From Syntrophales bacterium (GTDB lineage: Bacteria > Desulfobacterota > Syntrophia > Syntrophales > UBA2210), in contig CAXXKT010000001.1 of the NCBI GenBank assembly GCA_963662405.2, positions 2,080,001 to 2,144,000 of the forward strand: a stretch of DNA of 64,000 nucleotides, written 5' to 3'. This document shows, one piece after another, positions 1 to 7,664 of the stretch. A model generated the notes under the pieces. It saw only the letters and a list, made by a program, of their open reading frames with translations, had not been told where the DNA came from and ran no database searches. Within the stretch, counting starts at the first letter, position 1. Every line of letters starts with the position of its first letter. Position numbers and translations under genes: made by a program.

Positions 1-1
1 C

Positions 2-199
2 GACCTCTCCCCGAATGTTCAAGGCACGGCCTGGCGGGTGGATATATACGGCGATAGGCTGGAGCTTTATGACTGCACCACCTGGACGAAAGTGGCATCT
101 GCCACGGGAAATATGACCAATTGCCCGTCCTGTAACAAGACTAATGCTATGGTTTTCGGCGCTGGTACAGGACCGACGGAGACGCGCGGAACGGAGTAA
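2..199 (+). CDS. 3' end of an unknown ORF entering from the left edge (DLSPNVQG...TRGTE*)
   Basis: Frame 2 is open from the window edge to TAA at 197-199; no family recognised. Confidence 0.5.
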   Translation, partial: DLSPNVQGTAWRVDIYGDRLELYDCTTWTKVASATGNMTNCPSCNKTNAMVFGAGTGPTETRGTE

Positions 200-220
200 T
201 GGCGCCAGGAGTTCCGAGTT

Positions 221-970
221 CCGGAGTTCCGGGGACACCTTACTTAATTATTGACAAAAGCCAGCTAATTTGATTGATTTTTGACATGGCACGAATAGCA
301 AGAGCAGTAGCGCCGGGAATCCCGCATCACGTAACACAGCGAGGAAACAGGCGGCAGCTGACATTTTTCAACGATGAAGATTACCAATCCTATTTGGAGT
401 TAATGTCCGAATGGTGTGATACGTTTAGAGTGGAGACTTGGGCTTATTGTCTTATGCCAAACCACATTCACCTGATTGTTGTACCTGAAACAAAGGAAGG
501 TTTGAATCAGGCAATTGGTGAAGCGCACAAACGATACACACGACGGATCAATTTTCGTGAAGGATGGCGTGGGCATTTATGGCAGGGAAGGTTTTCATCT
601 TTTATCATGGATGAGGGGTATCTTTTGGCATGTACCAGATATGTAGAATTAAATCCGGTCAAGGCAGGCTTGGTAAAAAAGCCTGAAGACTGGCAATGGA
701 GTAGTGCCAGACCACATATGAAAGGTAAAGATGATATTCTTGTAAAAACAAAACCATTGCTGGAAATAGTAACCAAACCCTGGAAAGAATTTTTGTCTGT
801 TGCTGCTCAGGAACAGGAAATAACGTTATTGAGAAAACACGAACGAACCGGGCGGCCTTTAGGAACAGCTTCTTTTATTGGGACAATGGAACACCTTTTA
901 GGCCGAAGGCTTAAACCTCAAAAACCTGGACCTAAAAAGAGAGATAAGTAAGGTGTCCCCGGAATTCCGG
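221..970 (+). mobile_element. RAYT-type HUH (Y1) transposase element bounded by 26-bp terminal inverted repeats
   Basis: CCGGAGTTCCGGGGACACCTTACTTA (221-246) and TAAGTAAGGTGTCCCCGGAATTCCGG (945-970) are reverse complements with 1 mismatch; they enclose only the transposase. Confidence 0.8.
286..951 (+). CDS. REP-associated tyrosine transposase (RAYT / Y1_Tnp, HUH endonuclease)
   Basis: Motifs HHVTQRGNRR, YCLMPNHIHL (HUH), GHLWQGRF, RYVELNPVKAG, WQWSS; ATG at 286. Confidence 0.9.
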   Translation: MARIARAVAPGIPHHVTQRGNRRQLTFFNDEDYQSYLELMSEWCDTFRVETWAYCLMPNHIHLIVVPETKEGLNQAIGEAHKRYTRRINFREGWRGHLWQGRFSSFIMDEGYLLACTRYVELNPVKAGLVKKPEDWQWSSARPHMKGKDDILVKTKPLLEIVTKPWKEFLSVAAQEQEITLLRKHERTGRPLGTASFIGTMEHLLGRRLKPQKPGPKKRDK

Positions 971-980
971 AATTCGTCAT

Positions 981-1121
981 GGCTAACACACTATTGCACG
1001 GCGACCCCACCCGCGCTCGCCAATTTTGACATACGTGCCCGCCGTAAACGTTTGGGTAGTTGTGTCGGCTTTCTACTGCCGCACCCGGCGCGGGTAGGGC
1101 TCGTGAATAGAGGCATTAGAC
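981..1121 (+). repeat. Integron attC-like site 1
   Basis: GGCTAAC (R'') ... CTATT(G)CACG pairs with CGTGAATAG leaving an extrahelical G; long GC stem; ends ATTAGAC (R' with A instead of G). Confidence 0.7.
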
Positions 1122-1152
1122 TACACAAAAATATCAAATATAATGGGGAAAA

Positions 1153-1272
1153 ATGCTAGCCAGATATTTTATTGTTTCCATAGTTTTTCTTTTATTTAAT
1201 TTTTTTGTGTTTCGATTAGTTATTAGGAATGATTATCTAAAGAATCATAAATTATCTCCTTTAATTCCGTAA
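1153..1272 (+). pseudogene. Truncated 5' end of a membrane-protein cassette gene (MLARYFIVSIVFLLFNFFVFRLVIRNDYLK...)
   Basis: Starts about 30 nt after attC1, hydrophobic N-terminus, runs into the MITE left-end repeats and stops. Confidence 0.45.
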
Positions 1273-1288
1273 TTCCGGGGACATCCGT

Positions 1289-1436
1289 AATTCCGGGGAC
1301 ACCTTACTTAATTATTAACAAAAGTCAGCTAGGGGCGGCTTCTTTTATTGGAACAATGAAACATCTTTTGGACCGAAAACTTAAACCTCAAAAACCTGGA
1401 CCTAAAAAGAAAGATAAGGAAGGTGTCCCCGGAATT
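1289..1436 (+). mobile_element. MITE 1: internal-deletion derivative of the RAYT element
   Basis: About 45 bp of the element left end joined to about 105 bp homologous to the transposase 3' end plus right inverted repeat. Confidence 0.85.
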
Positions 1437-1829
1437 CGGAAAAGTATAGGAAGATGTACGATCTGTAATATCTTTCATAGAGGGTGATGCACTCCGGAAT
1501 CCCCGCGATATAATGACAGACAGCCCCTGACAACAGGAGATGCCCGGCAACGTATCGGAGTAAAGGCGGATATCCCGCTTATACGGGATTGCGGCATCCA
1601 TGAAACTCGTTGACACTTTTATTTACGAGTTAATAGAACCGTGAACCAAGAGGCAAAAGGCTAGACCTGACCCCTAAGACCCCCAACATATCGTACGTGT
1701 ATTTAGGAAGTGTGGGAAAAATCTGTTTGGTAAGGGAATTGACAAGTTTCTGGATTCTTCCTGCTTTGAAGCGGTTTTTTCCAAAGGGGACGTGCATATT
1801 GTCAGGGCAACATGTCTGGGAGAGAAAAC

Positions 1830-2792
1830 ATGAATACACCAACACCAAAGGTCATAGAATTCTTAATCCCTTGTTATAATGAGGAAGAGAATATAGAAAC
1901 TCTCATTTCCGAAATTCAGAAAGTAATGGCCCACACTCAATATGAGTATACGTTTTTGTTTGTTGACGATGGCAGTACCGATCAGACATTTCACGTGATA
2001 TCAACTCTCGCACATCGAAGCCATAACGTCTCCTGTGTTCGACTGACTCGTAATTTCGGTAAAGAAGCCGCCATTGCGGTTGGCCTTGATAGATCGAGAG
2101 GAGATGCGATGATCATTCTTGATGCCGATCTGCAGCACCCCCCCCATTTAATTCCGTCCATGCTGTCGGAATGGGAAAAGGGGGCCTCCATCGTTGATGC
2201 AGTAAAAGCCAGCGGGCATGAAGGAAATATCCTGAAACGGCTGACACAGTATCTCTTTAACAGGCTTTTCAGCAATATCACCCGTATGGATTTTGAGGGG
2301 GCCTCCGACTACAAATTACTGGATAAACAGGCCGTGGAAATCCTGAGAGGACTCGATGAAAAGAATCGTTTCTTCCGTGGGCTCACCAACTGGATCGGCA
2401 TGGAACACAGTAAAATTGAGTTTAAGGTTGAACGGCGTCGCATGGGAGAAACGAAATGGAATTGGTTAAAACTGTTTCAATTATCGGTGGATGCCATCAC
2501 GTCCTATTCTTCAAAGCCTTTGCACATTGTGACGTTCTTAGGGACTGTATCTCTTGGTTTTTCGATAATATTAGGGATTCAGACTTTGTACAATAAGTGG
2601 TTTGGAGATGCTGTCAGCGGTTTCACCACCGTTATCCTGGTCGTGTTGATCATGTCGAGCATCGTCATGATTAGCATGGGAATATTAGGAATATACTTAT
2701 CCAAAATTTATGATGAAGTCAAAAATCGTCCTATTTCAATTGTAAAGGAAGAAGTTAGTTCTTCAAAAAAAACTCAGGATCAGACTTTTTGA
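1830..2792 (+). CDS. GT2 polyprenol-phosphate glycosyltransferase (GtrB/ArnC-like)
   Basis: IPCYNEE, VDDGSTD, RNFGKEAA, DADLQHPP, RFFRGL motifs; two C-terminal TM helices. Confidence 0.9.
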   Translation: MNTPTPKVIEFLIPCYNEEENIETLISEIQKVMAHTQYEYTFLFVDDGSTDQTFHVISTLAHRSHNVSCVRLTRNFGKEAAIAVGLDRSRGDAMIILDADLQHPPHLIPSMLSEWEKGASIVDAVKASGHEGNILKRLTQYLFNRLFSNITRMDFEGASDYKLLDKQAVEILRGLDEKNRFFRGLTNWIGMEHSKIEFKVERRRMGETKWNWLKLFQLSVDAITSYSSKPLHIVTFLGTVSLGFSIILGIQTLYNKWFGDAVSGFTTVILVVLIMSSIVMISMGILGIYLSKIYDEVKNRPISIVKEEVSSSKKTQDQTF

Positions 2793-3163
2793 ACATTTTG
2801 CGGTAGTCGTAACATACAATAGTAAATTACTACTGTCCCAATGTTACCCGGATAGATTCAGATGGTTAGAAGAGGCAGGGGTTGGGTTTATGTAATCGTT
2901 ATTCGTACGGACTTGTAAAATTGGTTCTTTTTCAAAAAGCGTGACGCTCAAAACCTGTAAAATTGTGTAGAGACTTTGGTCCAGTTTCAAATCCTTGAGT
3001 TCCGGGGACACCTTACTTAATTATTGACAAAAGCCAGCTAGGGGCGGCTCCTTTTATTGGGACAATGAAACATCTTTTGGACCGAAAACTTAAACCTCAA
3101 AAACCTGGACCTAAAACGAAAGATAAGTAAGGTGATCTTCCCCCAGAAAAACGGACACCTAGG

Positions 3164-3985
3164 TTAGGGGACAACCCCGGCGTTTTCAAATGCCAGGGGG
3201 CTTCTGTACTTTAACGCAGAATGTCTGCGCGTGCGATTATAAAACAGCTCAATATAATCAAAAAGGCTCGTTCTAGCTTCCGATCGTGTTTTGTAATCCT
3301 CAAAACCAACCCACTCGGTCTTCAAAGAATGAAAGAAACTTTCCATCGGTGCGTTATCCCAACAGTTGCCTCTCCGGCTCATACTGCAGATGACACCCAA
3401 ATTGTTCAGTAGGTACTGATACGATGTCGAAGCATATTGCGCACCCTGATCGGAATGTAAAAGCACCCCCTGGATATCTCCCCGATGAGCAGCCGCCATC
3501 TTTAATGCGTCTACGGCGAGTTGTGCACTATTTCTGTCTCCCATCGACCAACCTACAATCATTCGGGAATACAGATCCATAATCGCTGACACATACAACC
3601 AGCCTTTGCGAGTGGGTCTAAAGGTCACATCGGATACCCACTTCTGATTCGGCTTCTCTGAAGAAAATATCCTTCCCAGTATGTTCTCAGCCGGTCTTTT
3701 CGTCCTCCTTGAATCGGTTGTAACGACAAAGCGCTTATGAACCTTCGATTGAATATCGGCTTTGCGCATCAAAAAAGCCACGGTGTTTCTACCGACTCTT
3801 TCGCCTTGATCAACCAACTCCCCATGAATCCGTGGCGAGCCGTATATCTTCCTGCTGGCTATATGCGCCCGCCTTATCTTCACCAGCAAATCCCGGTGTC
3901 GCTTTGTTCGTAAACTCTCCGGACGACCCAACCAACCATAATAGCCACTCCGGGATACCTCCAGAACCCGACACATCACCGCCAC
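3164..3985 (-). CDS. IS3 OrfB (DDE transposase domain), fused to OrfA by -1 frameshift
   Basis: WVSDVT, HSDQGAQY, CWDNAPMESFFHSLKTE; slippery A7G on the minus strand at 4056-4063. Confidence 0.92.
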   Translation of the reverse strand: MAVMCRVLEVSRSGYYGWLGRPESLRTKRHRDLLVKIRRAHIASRKIYGSPRIHGELVDQGERVGRNTVAFLMRKADIQSKVHKRFVVTTDSRRTKRPAENILGRIFSSEKPNQKWVSDVTFRPTRKGWLYVSAIMDLYSRMIVGWSMGDRNSAQLAVDALKMAAAHRGDIQGVLLHSDQGAQYASTSYQYLLNNLGVICSMSRRGNCWDNAPMESFFHSLKTEWVGFEDYKTRSEARTSLFDYIELFYNRTRRHSALKYRSPLAFENAGVVP

Positions 3986-4023
3986 ACTGAAATGCGTTCT
4001 CTGCGACCGAATAAACTGATACT

Positions 4024-4329
4024 TTACTTCAACTCGCGCGCAAAGAACGCTGCGGCTTTTTTTAAGATTTCATTCTCTTCCTTTACTTTGGCTAACTCAT
4101 GCCGTAATCGACGGGTCTCGTCCGCTGCGGTCCCGCTTGCTGGGCGTCGTCCGGATCCGGGAAACGCACCGCCACCCGCTCTATCCACCGTCTCTTTCCA
4201 CTTATACAACTGGTTCCTTCGTATCCCCAACTCACGGGCCAGTTCAGCAGGTGGCTTTTTCCCCTCGTCCATCAATCGCACTGCTTCAAGCTTAAACTCC
4301 CGGCTAAATGCCTGTCGCTTCCCTCTCAT
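4024..4329 (-). CDS. IS3 OrfA (HTH)
   Basis: FSREFKLEAVRL...ARELGI...ENEILKKAAAFFA. Confidence 0.92.
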   Translation of the reverse strand: MRGKRQAFSREFKLEAVRLMDEGKKPPAELARELGIRRNQLYKWKETVDRAGGGAFPGSGRRPASGTAADETRRLRHELAKVKEENEILKKAAAFFARELK

Positions 4330-4578
4330 CGGACACTCCTTTCTTCTCCATTGTATACGCATCCGGATACTTTTTGAAGTGTCCGTTAAACTGGGGAAGG
4401 TTCAAGGTGTCCCCGGAATTTCCGAGTGTTCGGAAAAGATTGTAAATTAATCCGGGAAGTGTCCCTGATTTTCCCTGGTGAGGAACCGAGGCGGGCAAAG
4501 CGGTCGGAAAAGAGATTCGTAAAATAATACGGGAAGTGTCCCTAGTTTTTGCGGTAAAAAGGCAATCCCTGAAACTCC

Positions 4579-4606
4579 TTGACAATTTTCATAAAAGTTA
4601 TATCAT
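4579..4606 (+). promoter_or_regulatory. sigma70-like promoter
   Basis: TTGACA-16 nt-TATCAT. Confidence 0.5.
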
Positions 4607-4695
4607 CCAGCCGTTGTGTTCATTCTGACAGATGTAAAAACCTGGTTTGCTTCTTTTAACAGTTGAAAGAGGGAACTATGAACGGATACCACTAG

Positions 4696-4733
4696 AGCCC
4701 CGTTTCTCATACAGAGACGGGGCTTTGTGTTTG
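4696..4733 (+). terminator. Intrinsic terminator-like hairpin
   Basis: AGCCCCGTTTCT...AGAGACGGGGCT followed by a T-rich tract. Confidence 0.6.
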
Positions 4734-4849
4734 TGGGGAGCAGACGATCAGGCATCTTGGAGCGTTCTAAAAAGATTACAATTTAATACGGGAAGTGCCC
4801 CCCCGTTTTTCGCATAGAGGAAAAGGAGGAATGATAAAAAGTCTTCATG

Positions 4850-5015
4850 AGCTGTGAATTGGGATACACTGTTTGAAACTTTATAGTTTTGGGCAGCAAG
4901 GCTACTGTTCGACATGTTTACTGGTCTTCGAGACCGCAAAGGAGAATGAAGAGCTGTAGCCGCAACATTCAATGATCTTCGAGATCGAATAGGAGATTGG
5001 GACCAATTCACCTGA
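4850..5015 (+). ncRNA. Putative IS110 bridge RNA (target- and donor-binding loops)
   Basis: Two guide-hairpin-guide modules matching the target and the element-end junction; closing stems GGCTAC/GTAGCC and GTGAATTGG/CCAATTCAC; ends approximate. Confidence 0.8.
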
Positions 5016-5047
5016 CAGGCGCTGTCCAAGATGTGAGGAGGCGTTCT

Positions 5048-6160
5048 ATGAAGATGAGTATCGGGGTTGACCTTCACAAGACGCAGTTTACCGTTTGTTG
5101 TTTGAGTGAAGATCGGAGTGTTCAGGAGTCGGGCATCTACCCGACGACTGATCGAGGTTACCGGGCATTTATCATGAAGGTGTCCAACTGGAATGAGGGC
5201 GGTTACGAGGTCACGGCAGCGGTGGAATCAACAGGGAACACCCGACACTTTCGCAACCGGTTTTTGAAGGCGGGGATTGAGGTCAAGATAGTGAACACCT
5301 TGAAATTCAAGGTTGTAAATGAGTCAGTAAAAAAGACTGACAAGCATGATTCCCGCACATTGGCTGAGTTTCTTGAGAAAGATATGCTTCCCGAGTCCAT
5401 TCTTTGTTCGCAGGAAAGCGAGGACATTCGAAGGCTTCTCAAGTCACGTTCTGTTCTGGTGAAAGCTTTGGTATCCTTGAAAAACCAGATACACGGTTTA
5501 TTGCTTGGATATGGGATAGAGAGTCGGCGGGGACAGCTGCAGAGCAAAAAAGAAAGGCAGCGAATCCTTGACGGTCTCGCGGACCATAGGAGTTACGGAA
5601 ACGCTGCCCGAGCGGTAAAACCGCTTCTTGGTACAATAGACCAAATTGCATCCGAGGTCAAAGGACTTGAGCGCGTATTATCTGATCTTGTTTCTGAAGA
5701 CGAGGATGTTGCTCTGTTGCAAACGATTCCTGGCGTTGGAATAATAACAGCAGCGACGATTCGGGCTTATACCGATGACATCAACCGATATGAGAGCGCC
5801 AAGCAGTATGCTGCTCATGCCGGTTTGGTACCATGGGTTCAAAACTCCAACAAGACCATTCGCCATGGTCATATTACCAAGCGAGGCCCCGTGGAACTGA
5901 GGACGGCTTTTGTGCAAATGGTAATGGGGATGCTACGGCTTCGGAATAAAACCGATGGATATTGGCTTATGTACAAATACAAAGCCATGAAAGAGAACAA
6001 GGGAACCGGGAAGAGCGTAATAGCGACGGCGCGAAAGATGAGCACTATTGTATATGCCATCTTGAAGAAGGGGGAGCCGTTTGATCCATCGAAAATGCTG
6101 CCAGACCCGAAATATGTAGAGATGAGTAAGGTTGCGAGGTGTTATGCTTTGGCCGTTTAA
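5048..6160 (+). CDS. IS110-family DEDD recombinase/transposase
   Basis: GVDLHK, AVEST, KTDKHDS (DEDD), IPGVG, GLVPWVQNS, ITKRG, ARKM; SD GAGGAGG before ATG 5048. Confidence 0.95.
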   Translation: MKMSIGVDLHKTQFTVCCLSEDRSVQESGIYPTTDRGYRAFIMKVSNWNEGGYEVTAAVESTGNTRHFRNRFLKAGIEVKIVNTLKFKVVNESVKKTDKHDSRTLAEFLEKDMLPESILCSQESEDIRRLLKSRSVLVKALVSLKNQIHGLLLGYGIESRRGQLQSKKERQRILDGLADHRSYGNAARAVKPLLGTIDQIASEVKGLERVLSDLVSEDEDVALLQTIPGVGIITAATIRAYTDDINRYESAKQYAAHAGLVPWVQNSNKTIRHGHITKRGPVELRTAFVQMVMGMLRLRNKTDGYWLMYKYKAMKENKGTGKSVIATARKMSTIVYAILKKGEPFDPSKMLPDPKYVEMSKVARCYALAV

Positions 6161-6220
6161 ATTTTAACCATGGGCCTGTTTGACAGGCTCTCCATGAATT
6201 GACTTTTTATAGGAGTAAAT

Positions 6221-6799
6221 ATGGCGACTACAAAATTGAGAATCGATTTGGATCAAGGAATCATTGAAGTTGAAGGTGAGGACTCCTTTGTCAAGGCGGT
6301 ATACGATGATTTCAAGGAAAGGTTATTATCCGATATGCCAGTTGAACAAAAGACTCGTACTGGCACAAAAGCTAATGCAAAAAAGAGATCCACTCCTAAG
6401 GCTAAATTGAAAACAGGAAACGCTTCTAAAAAGAAAAAGTCAAGCAAAGGAAGTGCATCTGGATCTATTGTTAAAGATCTTGATCTTTCGGGCGGGGGGA
6501 AGATTCAAAGATTGAAGGATTTTTTAGGGCAATATAAGGTTTCTTCAAATTTTGAACGAAATCTCATTTTCGTATATTACCTTCAGCATAAACTTAACAT
6601 CAAAGGTATAACCCTCGATCATATATTTACATGTTACCGTGATGTCGGCGCTAAAGTGCCTGCAGCACTTCAACAAAGCTTATGGGATACCACCAACCGA
6701 AGAGGTTGGCTTAATACTTCATCTTCTGAAAATATTCTAGTCACAGTGCCAGGCATGAACTTTATAGAGCATGACATGCCAAAATCGGGAGCTGAATAA
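6221..6799 (+). CDS. Hypothetical protein: short N-terminal domain, Lys-rich linker, C-terminal wHTH-like domain
   Basis: 192-aa ORF with SD AGGAG; AT-rich; fold is inferred. Confidence 0.75.
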   Translation: MATTKLRIDLDQGIIEVEGEDSFVKAVYDDFKERLLSDMPVEQKTRTGTKANAKKRSTPKAKLKTGNASKKKKSSKGSASGSIVKDLDLSGGGKIQRLKDFLGQYKVSSNFERNLIFVYYLQHKLNIKGITLDHIFTCYRDVGAKVPAALQQSLWDTTNRRGWLNTSSSENILVTVPGMNFIEHDMPKSGAE

Positions 6800-7569
6800 T
6801 GAATGATCAGTTAGAGGGCTTCTTGCAACAAATTCCTAATATCGGAGAACAATCATCCGCCTCATTGGTAGACTACTTCGTTTATTTTATAACTGTCATT
6901 CTGGGGGATGACACTGCCACACCTGCCGGTGTTGAGCGTTGTTTCGAGATAACCAAGATACAAAAATATTCAAATATTTCTTCTTATTTGTCTCGACAAT
7001 CAAAAAAATCCCGTGGAAAAACTGCAAAATACTTAAAATTAAAGACTGGTTACCATTTAGAACGCAACTCAGAACTCGAAATTCAAAAAAGCCTGCGCTC
7101 TGGACCCTCGAGGCAGGAAACAAGCCATTTACTCAGAGGAATGCTCCCCAAAATTAAAGATCCTAACAAAAAAGCATTTTTGCAAGAAGCTATAGATTGT
7201 TATGAAATTGGTGCAAGAAGGGCATCAATTGTCCTCACATGGATTCTAACGATCAACCACCTCTATGATTATATTATTGCGAAGGAGTTAGTTGCTTTCA
7301 ATACCGCTTTGGGGAAAAATACAGACAAGAGGATCAAGGTGTCTTCAATCACTAAGCTTGATGATTTTTCCGAGATTCCAGAAGGGAAATTTATTGAATT
7401 AATGAGGTCCGCAAATATTGTTTCTAATGATGTGAGGAAAATACTGGATGTAAAGCTCGGAATACGAAATTCCTCAGCTCACCCATCAGGGATTTCAATT
7501 TCTGAAGTCAAGGCTACTGATTTTATCATCGATCTTGTTGATAATGTAATCGCAAAATACCCGATTTGA
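6799..7569 (+). CDS. Hypothetical protein with a C-terminal HEPN/DUF4145-like domain
   Basis: FLQEAIDCYEIGARRASIVLTW helix and RNSSAH (R-x4-H); TAATG overlap with the upstream gene. Confidence 0.75.
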   Translation: MNDQLEGFLQQIPNIGEQSSASLVDYFVYFITVILGDDTATPAGVERCFEITKIQKYSNISSYLSRQSKKSRGKTAKYLKLKTGYHLERNSELEIQKSLRSGPSRQETSHLLRGMLPKIKDPNKKAFLQEAIDCYEIGARRASIVLTWILTINHLYDYIIAKELVAFNTALGKNTDKRIKVSSITKLDDFSEIPEGKFIELMRSANIVSNDVRKILDVKLGIRNSSAHPSGISISEVKATDFIIDLVDNVIAKYPI

Positions 7570-7581
7570 CGTTGCTTAAAA

Positions 7582-7634
7582 ATCTAACAATCATTTGGAG
7601 CGTATAGACCCGCCCGCTGAAAAGTACATTAGAA
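7582..7634 (+). repeat. Degenerate or shortened attC-like site 2
   Basis: ATCTAAC 12 nt after the stop codon ... GCCCGCTGAAAAGTAC-ATTAGAA; 3' arm resembles attC3. Confidence 0.55.
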
Positions 7635-7664
7635 TGAGCCCACAGCCTTAATGCGAGGTGCCTT

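Larger units (their letters stand above)
3133..4404 (-). mobile_element. IS3-family insertion sequence, 1272 bp
   Basis: TG...CA ends; imperfect 26-bp IRs (TGATCTTCCCCCAGAAAAACGGACAC / TGAACCTTCCCCAGTTTAACGGACAC); 3-bp duplication AGG at 3130-3132 and 4405-4407. Confidence 0.95.
2997..4420 (+). mobile_element. MITE 2 (2997-3132 plus 4408-4420), right inverted repeat split by IS3
   Basis: Near-identical to MITE 1 with the same deletion junction (CAGCTA|GGGGCGGCT); ...TAAGTAAGG[IS3]AGGTGTCCCCGGAATT. Confidence 0.85.
4429..4810 (+). repeat. Three copies of a ~45-bp direct repeat (4429-4472, 4504-4550, 4765-4810)
   Basis: Shared pattern AAAAG(AG)ATT...TAAT[C/A]CGGGAAGTG[T/C]CCC...TTTT separated by unrelated sequence. 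Confidence 0.7.
4829..6215 (+). mobile_element. IS110-family element, copy 1 (1387 bp)
   Basis: Boundaries defined by identity with 32892-34278; AGGAG at both junctions; subterminal IR ATAAAAAGTC (4834-4843) / GACTTTTTAT (6201-6210). Confidence 0.93.

Noticed and set aside
1484..1600. Loose inverted complementarity suggesting an ncRNA or attC
   Set aside because: Pairing is weak and there are no AAC/GTT boxes.
4669..4680. GAGGGAACTATG also occurs at the IS110 copy-2 right junction (34276-34287)
   Set aside because: A single 12-nt match between two RBS-like sequences; it lacks the AAAGGAG guide match and may be chance.
4429..4810. CRISPR array
   Set aside because: Only three degenerate repeats, very unequal spacers, and no cas genes.
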